Source: Heterodontus francisci
Taxonomy: Eukaryota
Assembly (NCBI RefSeq): GCF_036365525.1
Contig: NC_090393.1
Coordinates: 54,824,488-54,888,487 of the forward strand
Length of the DNA stretch: 64,000 nucleotides
Direction of reading: 5' to 3'
The position numbers and the translations under genes were made by a program. The notes under the pieces are model-generated. The model was not told the origin of the DNA, did not search any database, and worked only from the letters and a program-made list of their open reading frames with translations. Every line of letters begins with the position of its first letter. Positions within the stretch are counted from its first letter, which is position 1. Shown piece after piece: positions 13,350 through 26,738 of the stretch.

Positions 13350-15500
13350 TGTACAGACTCCCATGGGTCTGAGTAACCACTGAACCATTCTTGGGACCTT
13401 CCGTTATCACGGGGTAAGATCTTATTCCCTCATCCCACGTCTCATTTTGTTCTTTACTACTCCTTCTTTCTCTAGCCCATGAGTGGGATGATCTGCACAG
13501 AATCTACTTAACCTAATTTTCAGAGCTTGGTTTCCTCTTTTGACAACCCCAGATGACTGTGGGTGGTGAGAAATATGGAATTCGTGTTAAGTCCCATAAT
13601 CTGTTGTAGTTTGGTTTTAAAAAAACATTAAAATGTGGTCCCTGATCGCTATTGACTTGAATTGGCTCTCCCACCTGCAGATCACTTCACACAATAATAT
13701 GCCTTATTCTTTTGCATGAGTGCTGCTAATTCTAAGTAACTGGTATGTTGTAAGTATATATGTTTCAAGCAACAGATCGTGCATGGACGTAAAGCATTCT
13801 CCAGCTCTTCCTTTAATTGTATCCATCTTGAGGATCATTCTTGCTAAGTATTATTTCCCTCTAGCCCTCCATTGTCCCAATCCAAATTCTGTGTCCCTCC
13901 GAACTTTCATTTTACTCCCTCTAACTAATAGCAGTGTGTTTTATTCTATTCTGATTATCTTAAAGTCAGTTTCTCTAGAGAGTGTGTCAATCCCTTGATG
14001 ATTTAAAATTTGTCTCACTCTACTAGCCACATTAACCATTTCATTTCATGCTGTTGTCAAGTAACTGAGCATGTCTGAGACCCGTTCTTCAGTGCAAAAT
14101 TACCATGAATTTCTGCGTGTTAGTTGCTTCACAGTTAATAAATTACGTCTGCACACTTCCACCAGTATCCCAATACCATGCCACACATGCCATCTAATGC
14201 AAGCCATTTGTGGACTTTGAGGTGATCTTTATCAAGGGATCAGGGGTAGACTGTCTGAAGATCTTTGCTTTTCTACCCCTGCATGGTCCCAATGCCTCGG
14301 ATTGTGGCCAGACTGTCAAATGAGGTTTTCGTAAACAGGTCACCGGCAAGGATGCAATTATTTCCAAGAGACAGTTGTCATTTTACAATTCCTAACTATA
14401 CTTTCCTGAATATCACTAAAATATACATTGATACCCGACTGATCTATTGCATTGAATTATACCCAGGGTGATTTATTTCAATTCCCATTCGGTTCTGTGC
14501 TTTTCCTGTCTATCTTCTATCCATTGGTTACCATTCTATCTCATTCATGAGCCTTGGAGGAACTTTACTGTATAATACAATAATCTCATAATATTTTTAA
14601 AACAGAAATTAAACCTTTCCACGTGCCCCAACAGATTTTCTTTATTTGCTCATTATTTTAGATGACATTAATTTCCCAAACATAACCAGTTTTATTGTAC
14701 CAGACATTCTTTTCATTTGAAAATTTTCCCAAAATCAAATAGCAGTGTGATTAGACTGACAGCTTTTGTCAATGATCAATTTTATTTTCCCCCCAAACAA
14801 AACTTTATTTCTTGATACTCAGGAACTACCCTAGATTTTTTATTAGTTTCTTTTTTTTTTAATGAAAATTTGATTATCCCATTAAACATCAGGTAACTTT
14901 TCCGTTCTCAACTGCTTGAAACACAAACTCATATCAATTTATATTAGCAATTCCAATCTCAGAAACAATGATGCCCAGGCTTGTTGGTTTTACATGGTAT
15001 TTTTCCATTAGCGACAAAGTTTCTTGTTCGTTTGGAGGTGGCTTCCATATCTCCCCTTCTCGAGCACTTTGCCTGGAAAAATAACAGATGGCCTTAGTGG
15101 GTTACGGTCAAGTCTTTGAAAGGCAAACCCTTAGTCCAAATCATCACTCTGTTGTGACATTTGATGCCTGCAGATAAGTTCTTAAATTCTTAAAACTGTT
15201 GGATCTTTTGCTGTGGTATCAGGTATTCATGTGAACCTGGAAATCATGGTCACCTGTTTAAAAAGAAAGCAAAGAATCTATTGTGGTTCTGCTTAAGAGC
15301 CCAGTGCGTTCATGTATCCAACCATATCTACCAATTTAGAAACTTAACATTTAATGATGCCTAATATATAAACTTGCATTGAGCAATACATAAGTGGCTG
15401 TGTGGTGAATTTAAAAACAAACGGCTGTCAACGAAAAAGGTTAATTTATCCGCTTATTTGCAAGAGGGCAGAGCAGAACATTCTCAGATGCACACAATTG
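13350..15500 (-). mobile_element. Highly decayed LTR-retroelement / retrovirus-like pol (RT-RNase H-integrase)
   Basis: Integrase: WIQLKEELENALRPCTIC (about 13770-13825), ILLCEVICRW/GEPIQVNSDQGPHF (13630-13700), FHISHHPQSSGVVKRGNQALK (13518-13586). Weaker RT traces (KLT..VDSR..LN, FFAF, FT*..PQ, SDDL) at 15060-15450. Confidence 0.65.
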
Positions 15501-16339
15501 CATCAGTTTACGTATTTTTAAAACAACTTTCCCAATTGAAAAGAAATAAACTCAATTTTGATTAAAAAGACGTTAAAACAGCAGAAATCATTAATAACAT
15601 TATTAAGTTTAAAACGTTGTCATCAGGGAAGACAGCATTTTAGATTAAATTCCAATTGTTTTAAGCTCTTGTAAAATAATTTTTAAAGGGAATTCCAACC
15701 CATAATTTTTCATTACAACCAGGACGATTAAGCAAGCAGAATATCCCGAAATGAACCAAATTCCAATTCAAATCATTAGAAGTTTAAGAAATTCAAAACT
15801 GCCAATTTTATATGTGGAAATATCATGGCAAGAGCTAAAGACTCCCACATAATTTGAAATAATAAACAGAATGTCACCGTGGTCGCATTGTAAGTTAGTT
15901 GTTCATATTTAACAAGGTAGATAACCTCAGTAATCCCAATTTAATTCATATCAATTTTTTTTATCAAACCCAGAACTGATAAAGCAAAACAAAATAGCAT
16001 TTGCTTATAAAAAAGATAAATCGTGTAATTTTTTAAAAATTCTAACTCTTAAATTGAAATGCAATTTTTCTCAGTGTAGAAGCTTGCAGCATTTACCATC
16101 AGCCTAAGTAACAGTTTATCTTCTTTCTCTTTTTGAATTGTCGTCCCAGCAGCTCGTTTTGATTCATCAACTCCCTGCTATTTTTCCTCAACTGGTGAGA
16201 GATTTTGCTGCAGCGAACAGTAGACAGCTTAAAGCACCTTCTCTGGTTTCCAGCTTCTGGTGTTCTTTTGCCATCTCTATTCCATCTCTCCAACAGTTGT
16301 TAACCCTTATATCACCACATAAGATCCTGAGGGGACCTA

Positions 16340-18077
16340 AAATGGGCGAGGTGCTAAATGAGTACTTTGCATCAGTATTCACAAAAGAGAAGGACTTGGT
16401 GGATGATGAGCCTAGGGAAGGGAGTGTAGATAGTCTCAGTCATCTCATTATCAAAAAGGAGGAGGTGTTGGGTGTCTTGCAAAGTATTAAGGTAGATAGG
16501 TCCCCAGGGCCTGATGGGATCTACCCTAGAATACTGAGGGAGCCAAGGGAAGAAATTGCTGGGGGCTTGACAGAAATCTTTGCATCCTCATTGGCTACTG
16601 GTGAGGTCCCAGAGGACTGGAGAATAGTCAAAGTTGTTCCTTTGTTTAAGAAGGGTGGCAAGGATAATCCAGGAAATTATAGGCCGGTGAGCCTTACGGC
16701 AGAGGTAGGGAAACTATTAGAGAGGATTATTCGGGACAGGATTTACTTCCATTTGGAAACAAACGAACTTATTAGCGAGTGACAGCATGGTTTTGTGAAG
16801 GGGAGATCGTGTCTTACTAATTTGATTGAGTTTTTTGAGGAAGTGACGAAGATGATTGATGAAGGAAGGGCAGTGGATGTTATCTATATGGACTTTAGTA
16901 AAGCCTTTGACAAGGTCCCGCATGGCAGACTGGTACAAAAGGTGAAGTCACACGGGATCAGAGGTGAGCTGGCAGAGGGTGGTGATACAGAACTAGCTCA
17001 GTCACAGAAGACAGAGGGTATCAGTGGATGGGTGTTTTTCTGAATGGAGGGCTGTGACTAGTGGTGTTCCGCAGGGATCAGTGCTGGGACCTTTGCTGTT
17101 TGTAGTATATATAAATGATTTGGAGGAAAATGTAGCTGGTCTGATTAGTAAGTTTGCGGACAACACAAAGGTTGGTGGAGTTGCGGATAATGATGAGGAT
17201 TGTCAAAGGATACAGCAGGATATAGATCGATTGGATACTTGGGCGGAGAAATGGCAGATGGAGTTTAATCCAGACAAATGTGAAGTAATGCATTTTGGAA
17301 GGTCTAATGCAGGTGGGAGGTATACAGTAAATGGCAGAACCCTTAGGAGTATTGACAGGCAGAGAGATCTGGGCATACAGGTCCACAGGTCACTGAAAGT
17401 GGCAACACAAGTGGATAAGGTAGTCAAGAAGGCATACGGCATGCTTGCCTTCATCAGTCGGGGCATAGAGTATAAAAATTGGCAAGTCATGTTGCAGCTG
17501 TACAGAACCTTAGTTAGGCCACACTTACAATATTGCGTGCAATTCTGGTCGCCACACTACCAGAAGGACATGGAGGCTTTGGAGAGGGTACAGAGGAGGT
17601 TTACCAGGATGTTGCCTGGTCTGGAGGGCATTAGCTATGAGGAAAGGTTGGAAAAACTCGGATTGTTTTCGCTGGAACAACGGAGGTGAAGGGGCGACAT
17701 GATAGAGGTTTACAAAGTTATGAGAGGCATGGACAGAGTGGATAGTCAGAAGCTTTTTCCCAGGGTGGAAGAGTCAGTTACTAGGGGACATAGGTTTAAG
17801 GTGCGAGGGGCAATGTTTAGAGGGGACGTGCGAGGCAAGTTTTTTTCACAGAGGGTGGTGAGTGCCTGGAACTTGCTGCCAGGGGAGGTGCTGGAAGCAG
17901 ATACGATAGCGACGTTTAAGAGACATCTTGACAAATACATGAAGAGAAAAGGAATAGACGGATATGGGCCCCGGAAGTGCAGAAGGTGTTAGTTTAGGCA
18001 GGCATCAAGATCGGCGCAGGCTTGGAGGGCCGAATGGCCTGTTCCTGTGCTGTACTGTTCTTTGTTCTTTGTTCTTT
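16340..18077 (+). mobile_element. CR1 LINE, 5'-truncated, young copy B
   Basis: Same family as copy A in inverted orientation. Stops at 16780 and 17687, frameshift near 16980, same tail. Confidence 0.93.
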
Positions 18078-21009
18078 GACAGGGTGAATGTGGAAAGGAT
18101 ATTCCCCTTGGGATGAATCTAGAACTAGGGGTCACTGTTTAAAAATAAGGGGTCGCCCATTTAAGACAGAGATGAGGTTCGTGAGTCTTTGGAATTCTCT
18201 TGCTCAAAAGGCGGTGGAAGCAGAGTCTTTGAATATTTTAAGGCAGAGGTAGATAGATTCGTAATAAGCAATGGGATCGAAGGTTATCGGGGGTAGGTGG
18301 AAATGTGGAGTAATCAGTTCAGTCATGAACTTATTGAATGATGGAGCAGGCTCGAAGGGGCGAGTGGCCTATTCCTGCTCCTAATTCGTATGTTCGTATG
18401 TAATAGTCGATTGCGTAAACCAGCTTATATCCGGATCGCTTAAGTGTAATTTTTCACGTGTACCTGGGAAGCTACATCATCCCAGATTTCAGAGTAATTT
18501 TCCCTGTCACTCTGTATCAATCCCATCATCTATTGGGCCCCCTATATCCCTATCTTCTCTCCAAGACTGTTCGTAAGTTCTTCCCTAAAGACAATGCACC
18601 TGCCATTTGTTTCTAGTTTCAGTGACGAAGCGCTCTCACCATAACCCATAAGCCTCGAGGTTTCCTACCCGATCATAATAGCTGGTGCCTTTTAATGTAT
18701 GTAGACTGAGTCGGCCTTAACACTTATGAAATACAATAACCCGTTTGCAGCTCCTGACTGACTTGCCAATTAATAATAATTTTAATCTTTGCAATGTGTT
18801 GATGTTATCAATTATCCAATCAATGAGGATCGATTGCAACCAATATGGTGGGTATATTGAGTTTAATCAGAGTTTATGACAACATCGAACACACTAGTAA
18901 TACAGCAAAAACATACGACCATGAAAAGTAACGTGTACCAGGGTTGGGCAGGATGGCTGGCATGCATGAACAACTCTTTCTTTCTCTTCTCTTCTGGATG
19001 CCTTACATCTTCATGACTTCTCAGACAACCCAAAAGTGGATCTACCCGTAGAAGTTTCTCTCCACCGTTAAATGAAAAGCCTAAGTTTTATAATATGAGT
19101 GTTTATTGTAAATATATACCCAGTTGCTCCCTCATTATTGTAGAGTCCTCGGCTGACCATGGTCCCTATTCGAGCTAGCTACAGCTGTTATCACGTAAGA
19201 ATAATCATTCCACTGCTTTGTTTCTGGAGAAACAAAATGTTAAGCAGTTTCCAGTAAAAAGAAACATACAGCACAAACCTATCGCTTACCTATTTCAAGC
19301 TGATTATACGTAATCTATGTGTTTATTCTATGCATATTCCTAATTTCTAACCTGCATAGTTTACAGATTGTATGCAACAAGAGCAAAGAATCCTTCACAT
19401 CAACACCCTACATGATGGAAGCTGTCATAAACCATTTCTGATGCATGATTCACAATTAGCCCACCCTCACCCTCGGAAGCATGTGCACACCGCCCCCTGC
19501 CCCCACCATCTCTTCAGGCTTTTAGTTGACAAATCTTACCTCCTGAACCTATGAGTTATTCTCCCAGGAGGACTGGTGTAAAAACAGCACAGAGGCGCTG
19601 TATGGTGGCAAGTGCCTCTACTAGCTTGGTCATTGGGAGGACCATCAATTCTTTAAAGGCACACTTTCGCTACCTGGGCAGATTGGCTTTGCAGGATTGA
19701 ACAGATTCAAAAAATCCAGAACTACATGACGCAGAACATCATGATAACCAATATTCAGGAGATACTTGAATTTCAAGAAGCTCAACGTCATCCAGGACAA
19801 CACAGCTCTGTTTGACTGGCACCCCATCCAACACTTAAAATATCCACTCACTCCACCACCAATCTACAGTAGCAGCAATGTGCAACATCTACAAGATGCA
19901 TTGCATCAACTCACCGAGGCTCCTTTGACAGCACATCCCAAACCTCCGACCTCTTCTACCTAGAAGTATGAAGATAGCTGGTGAATGGGAACACATCGAC
20001 CTGCTATTTCCCCTCCAAGTCTCCTGACTCAGAAATATATCACCATTTGTTCACTGTTACTGGATCAAAATTATGCAACTCCCTCCCTACATCCACCGCA
20101 TAGACTGCAACAGTTCAAGAAGGCAGCTCACCACCACCTTCTCAATGGCAGTTATGGATGGACAAAAATGCTGGCCTTATCATAGATGCCCACATCCCAT
20201 GAATGAATAAAGAAATGCTAGTTGACCAAGAATTACTTTAAAGAAGCCAAAGGTGTTGTGTTGCCCATCGCCCGATGTGTCACCTTATTTCCACTGGTAA
20301 GGTTTCCACTGGCATTCTTAGGCAGTCCAGTGCGTGACAGACTAGGGATCCATTGGCAGTGCCACCTCCTTTCAGTCTACCAGGGCTGAATATTCTTGAT
20401 AGGCTTATTGGCACAGATATCCACCTGCCTCTGCCTCCTTAATTCAGTGCCCCTGAGATGGGCGTGGAGACTGCAGTCAGAAATTCTGTCTCAATTTTCT
20501 GTTTCTGAGTGCTATCTCCTGCTGTCTTCTCTTGCTACATGATGCAGATGCTGCACCTGCTGTCATAATTCTTCAAATATATGGTATCAAGATTGATAAG
20601 ACGTGTACTGATGCTATGGGAGAATCAATTGACTAAGCCACGCACAGTCCTCTCTTTATCTGGCTGTTTTTCAGTATAATTCTGAAGTATATGGTTTTAA
20701 CTTTATTTGTTAAACGCTGCACTCTACTTTCCATACACTGAAGCATACTGCACGTGGCTTGTACTGGATTCACACTAATGACTACTCCAATATATATGAA
20801 AATGATCTGACCTAGAAAACCTTTGTGCACTTACCACCAGGAATTTCCTCCAGCTCCTCCTACTCCACAGTGACAACTTTGGCAAATGTTCAAAATAAAT
20901 CCCTTGTGTAATCAGTGGGTTTAAATTGGTCGTGGGTCATAGCACAGAGCAGGTAACAGCCCGCTGAAGCCAGCTGCAGATTCACAGGTCTGTTCAATTT
21001 TGTTTTAAT

Positions 21010-23930
21010 TCATTCATAGAATGTGGGCGTTGCTGGCATTTATTGCACATCTCAAATTGCCCTAGCGAAGCTTGTGGTGAGCCGCTTTCTTGAACCGCTA
21101 CAGTCCATCTCGTGTACGAACACCCACGGTGCTGTAAGAGTGGGAGTTCCAGGATTTTGACCCAGAATCAGTGAAGGAACGATTATATAGTTCCAAATTA
21201 GGATGGGGTGTGCCTTGGAGAGGAACTTGCAGGTAGTGGTGTTCCCATGCATCTGTTGCCCTTGTCCTTCTTCGTGGTAGAGATCGTGGTTTTAAGGGAA
21301 GATGCTGTTGAAAGAGCCTTGTCAAGTTTGTATATTGCATCTTGTATATGATACACACTGCTGCCACTGCCCACTGGTGGTGGGGGGAGTGAATATTTAA
21401 GGTCTGGATGGGGTGCCAATCAAGCGGGTTGCTTTGTCTTGATAGTGTCAAGCTTTTTGAGTGTTGTTGGAGCTGCACTCATCAAAGCAAGTGGAGAGAA
21501 TTCCATCAAAACTCCAAACTTGTGCCTTGTAGATGGTGGACAGGCTTTGAGAAGACCAGAAGTGAGTTATTCGCTGCAGAATCCCCAGCCTCTGACCTGG
21601 TCTTGTAGTCACAGTACGTGTATGGCTGGTCCAGTTATTTTTCTGGTCAATGGTCACCCCCAGGATGTTGATAGTAATATCGTTGAATGTCAAGGGGAGA
21701 TGGTTAGATTCTATCTTGTTAGAGATGGTCATTGCCTGGCACTTACATGGCGTTTTTATCATATACTTGCCATTTATCAGCCCAAGCCTGAATGCTGTCT
21801 TAAACAAAAACAGATAGTCCTGAAAATACTCAGCAGGTCTGGCAGCATCTATGGAGAGAAAAGCAGAGTTAACGTTTTAACATTTCAGGTCTGTGACCTT
21901 TCATCAGAACGGGCAAAGGTTAGAAATGTAATAATTTTTAAGCAAGTGAAGGGGGTGGGCGGAGGGGAAGAGAAAAAAAGGAAAGGTTTATGATAGGGCA
22001 GAGGGAATGAGCGAGTAAATGACAAAAGTGTCATAGGACAAAGGCAACGGGAGTGCTAATGTTTGTGGTGAAAGAGAAAGCATCAGTCCAGCGAGAGTGT
22101 TAATGGCAGAATAATGAACAGCTCTGTCCAAAGGCACAAATATTAAAAATCAAGTTTAAGGCAGGCACATGGTTAAAAAATAATAAAATAAAATAAAATA
22201 AAATAATTTTTTAAAATTAAAAAGGCCAGTCATGCTCTGAAATTGAAGAACTCGATGTTGAGTCTGGAAGTCTTTAAAGTGCCTAATCGGAAAATGAGGT
22301 GCTGTTCCTCGAGCTTGCATTGATATTCACTGGAACACTGCAGGACTGAAATGTGGGCATAGGAGCGAATGGTGAATTGAAATGGAAAGCAAATGTTGTT
22401 TTACTGCATGCAGGCATCAATTGTTTCGATATCTGAGGAATTGCAATCATCAGTGAACATCCCCACTTCTTATCTTATATTAGAGGGAAAGTCATTGCTG
22501 AAACGGCTGAAGATGGTTAGGCAGGGCACTATCCTGAGGTACTCCTTCAGTGATGACTTGGTGCTGAGATGATTGGCTTCTAATAACCATAGGCATTTTC
22601 CTTTGTGCTAGGTATTACACTAAAGCGGAGAGCTTTTCTCCTGATTCCAATTGACTTTAATTTTGCTGAGGCGCCTTGATGCTAAACACTGTCAAATGCT
22701 GCATTGACGTCAAGAGCAATCACTCTCACCTCACCTCTTGAATTCAGCTCTTTTATCCATCTTTGACCAGGGCTGTAATCAGGTCTGGAGCTAACTGGCC
22801 ATGAAGGATCCCAAATGAAGAATCGCTGAGCGGGTTGTTGCTGAGTAAGGTTCATTTGATAGCACTGTTGACAACACCTTCCATCACTTGGTTGATAGTT
22901 GACAGTAGACTGATGGGATGGTAATTGGCTGGAGTGGATTTGTTCTGCTTTTGTGGACAGGACGTACCTGGGTAATTTTCCATATTTTCGGCTTAGATGC
23001 CAGTGCTGTAGCTGCACGGGAACAGCTTGGGTAAAGGTGTGGCTAGTTCTGGAGCACAAGTCTTCAGTACTACAGCCGGGATGTTGTCAGGGCCCATAGC
23101 TGTTGCTGTATCCAATGCCTTCAGCCGTTTCTTGATAGTTCGTGGAGTGAAGACTGGCATCTACAATGCTGGGACCTCAGGAGGAGGCCAAGATGAATCA
23201 TCCACTCGGCACTTTTGGCTGAAGATGATTGCAAATACTTCAGCCTTGCCTTTTGCATTGACGTGCTGGCCTCTCCATCATTGAGGATGGGGATGTTTTT
23301 TGAGCCACCTCCTCGGGTTACTTGTTTAATTGTCCACAACCATTCACAACTGGATGTGGCAAGACTGCAGAGCTTTGATTTGATCCTTTGGTTGTGGGAT
23401 CATTTAGCTCTATCTATAGCATACTGCTTCTGCTGATGAGCATGCATGTAGTCCTATGTTGCAGCTTCATCAGGTTGGAACTACATTTTTAGGTATGCCT
23501 GATGCTGTTCCTGACATGCTGTCCTGCATCCCTCATTGAACATGGGTTGGCCCCTGGCTTGACGATAATGGTAGAGTGAGGCAAATTACAGGCCATGAGA
23601 TTGTGGTTGCATACAATTCTGCTGCTGCTGATGGCCCACAGTGCCTCATGATTGCCTAGTTTTGAGCTGCTGAATCTGTTCTAAGTCTATCTCATTTAGC
23701 ACGTTGATACCACTGTGCCTCCACCTCTGGTGGTTCTGTCCTGATGATGGAGGAATCTGGGACATTGACAGTAAAGTATGATTCGGTGAGTATCATTATA
23801 TCAAGTTGTTGTTTATCTAGTCTGTGGGATAGCTCTTCCAATTTTGACACAAGGCCCCAGATGTTGAGGAGGGGGCTTTGCAGGTTTTACTGGGCAGGGT
23901 GTCCCTTTGTCGTTTCTGGTGCCTAGGTTG
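21010..23930 (-). mobile_element. Older CR1/L2-group LINE of a second family, degenerate
   Basis: EVRVIALDVNAAFDSV, INILGVTIDQK…IYKAQV. Further 3' fragments of the same family at about 19765-20212, 28140-28770, 30805-30925 and 54985-55445 (plus strand). Confidence 0.7.
21800..22390 (-). mobile_element. Penelope-like 3' fragment nested in an older LINE
   Basis: Same pLTR sequence and hammerhead motif (21867-21910). Confidence 0.72.
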
Positions 23931-24216
23931 TTGCCGGGTTGTCATTACTCTAGCATGGCTAAGTGGCTTGCTGGGTCATTTCAGAGGGCAGTTAAGACTC
24001 AACCTCATTGCTGTTGACTTGGAGTAACATGTAGGCTAGACCGGTTAAGGACAGCTGATTTCTTCCCCTGAAGGACATTAGTGAACCAGATGGACCAAAA
24101 ACAAATTTCATCTTCCAGGTTTCCACCACAACACAACAAAAGTTGTGGTGCAGTGGTAGAAGCCCAGAGGAAATTCCCAATATACGCCCCTGGTGATCTT
24201 AATATCGCGTCAGGAT

Positions 24217-24734
24217 TGTTACTCTAGCTCCTGTGTCCTTTATTTTATTTAATAAAGCGATCCAAGAAACTATCAGACAGTGGTATATCTTACAAATGTT
24301 TATTAATTAATGTAAGATAATACACTAAGTAGTACAAGCAAGCAATACGTTTCCACACTCACAAATATAATATCCATTAGACAGGTATGAGCTTAAACCT
24401 CATCAGACAGCTCGTAGTCTTGTTTGTCCACCCGGTCTCAAGTTCACTGATATCCATCTGATGGACGATTTCAAAGCAGTAGCAACTTGCTTCGCACCTG
24501 TCAGCTCTCTGCGTTATATACTACTGCGCCACTAGGTGACAATGTTGCACCACGTATATTTGGTACACAAGGGAATGTGAAAGACATTTCATTCCTCGTC
24601 AGTAAAGAAAGGAACATTCTGCGGTTAAATATATCACATTTTATATAAAAAAGCAACTTACTCAGCATATGTGGATCCAAATTAACTATAATTATTTACA
24701 AAAACCCCTTGATGTGCCCTAATTGTTATTAACA
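24217..24734 (-). mobile_element. Candidate LTR (518 bp)
   Basis: TGTTA…TAACA termini. On the minus strand it is preceded by a purine tract (AAGAAACAGGGAG) and contains TATATAA (24514-24520) then AATAAA (24299-24304). Confidence 0.5.
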
Positions 24735-25038
24735 CTCCCTGTTTCTTAAGTGTGTCCTGCAAAATCCGAACAACATAATCTAAACCATGTGTTGTTAGAC
24801 GGCATCCATAATAGTAAGAGATATTAGCATTTCTGTATTAAGAATTTCATTATTTCACATCGCAGGTTCTCAGCTTCCTATCAACTAACTCCCAATATGA
24901 TCCTGTAATATCTACATTTCCTTTTTTTACTGTAGCCTCTATATTAATGAGCGCATAATACCCTTTAACCATACCAAGCTGTGAATATATTATATTAAAC
25001 AATGTTTAATATGTACTGTCCAGACCACCAGCAGGCGT

Positions 25039-26621
25039 CACAAAGGTGACCGCGGTGACTGCAACAACTACCATGGAATCTCCCTGCTCAGCATAGTGGG
25101 GAAAGTCTTTGCTCGAGTCGCTCTGAACAGGCTCCAGAAGCTGGCCGAGCGCGTCTACCCTGAGGCACAGTGTGGCTTTCGTGCAGAGAGATCGACCGTT
25201 GACATGCTGTTCTCCCTTCGTCAGATACAGGAGAAATGCCGTGAACAACAGATGCCCCTCTACATTGCTTTCATTGATCTCACCAAAGCCTTTGACCTCG
25301 TCAGCAGACGTGGTCTCTTCAGACTACTAGAAAAGATTGGATGCCCACCAAAGCTACTAAGTATCATCACCTCATTCCATGATAATATGAAAGGCAGAAT
25401 TCAACATGGTGGCTCCTCCTCAGAGCCCTTTCCTATCCTTAGCGGCGTGAAACAGGGCTGTGTTCTCGCACCCACACTTATTGGGATTTTCTTCTCCCTG
25501 CTGCTTTCACATGCGTTCAAGTCCTCTGAAGAAGGAATTTTCCTCCACAAAAGATCAGGGGGCAGGTTGTTCAACCTTGCCCGTCTAAGAGCGAAGTCCA
25601 AAGTACGGAAAGTCCTCATCAGGGAACTCCTCTTTGCTGACGATGCTGCTTTAACATCTCACACTGAAGAGTGCCTGCAGAGTCTCATCGACAGGTTTGC
25701 GGCTGCCTGCAATGAATTTGGCCTAACCATCAGCCTCAAGAAAACAAACATCATGGGGCAGGATGTCAGAAATGCTCCATCCATCAATATTGGTGACCAC
25801 GCTCTGGAAGTGGTTCAAGAGTTCACCGACCCAGGCTCAACAATCACCAGTAACCTGTCTCCAGATGCAGAAATCAACAAGCGCATGGGAAAGGCTTCCA
25901 CTGCTATGTCCAGACTGGCCAAGAGAGTGTGGGAAAATGGCGCACTGACACGGAACACAAAAGTCCGAGTGTATCAGGCCTGTGTCCTCAGTACCTTGCT
26001 CTATGGCAGCGAGGTCTGGACAACGTATGTCAGCCAAGAGCGACGTCTCAATTCATTCCATCTTCGCTGCCTCCGGTGAATATTTGGCATCAGGTGGCAG
26101 GACCGTATCTCCAACACAGAAGTCCTCAAGGCGGCCAACATCCCCAGCTTGTACACACTACTGAGTCAGCGGCGCTTGAGATGGCTTGGCCATGTGAGCC
26201 GCATGGAAGATGGCAGGATCCCCAAAGACACATTGTACAGCGAGCTCGCCATTGGTATCAGACCCACCAGCCGTCCATGTCTCCGCTATAAAGACGTCTG
26301 CAAACGCGACATGAAATCCTGTGACATTGATCACAAGTCGTGGGAGTCAGCTGCCAGCGTTCACCAGAGCTGGCGGGCAGCCATAAAGACGGGGCTAAAA
26401 TGTGGCGAGTCGAAGAGACTTAGTAGTTGGCAGGAAAAAACAGAGGCGCAAGGGGAGAGCCAGCTGTCCAACAGCCCCGACAAACAAATTTCTCTGCAGC
26501 ACCTGTGGAAAAGCCTGTCACTCTGGAATTGGCCTTTATAGCCACTCCAGGCGCTGCTTCACAAACCACTGACCACCTCCAGGCGCGTATCCATTGTCTC
26601 TCGAGATAAGGAGGCCCAAAG
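25039..26621 (+). mobile_element. 5'-truncated RTE copy (same family) with 31-bp TSD
   Basis: Near-identical to the 3' 1.6 kb of the intact copy; premature TGA at 26077-26079 and small frameshifts. AATATGTACTGTCCAGACCACCAGCAGGCGT at 25008-25038 and 26622-26652. Confidence 0.95.
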
Positions 26622-26738
26622 AATATGTACTGTCCAGACCACCAGCAGGCGTTAGTCCAATTTCCACTGGATAAAAGCACGCAAAACATCGCAAGGAAAT
26701 TTTATGCCAAAATGTGCGTTTCAAACAATTTTTATATC

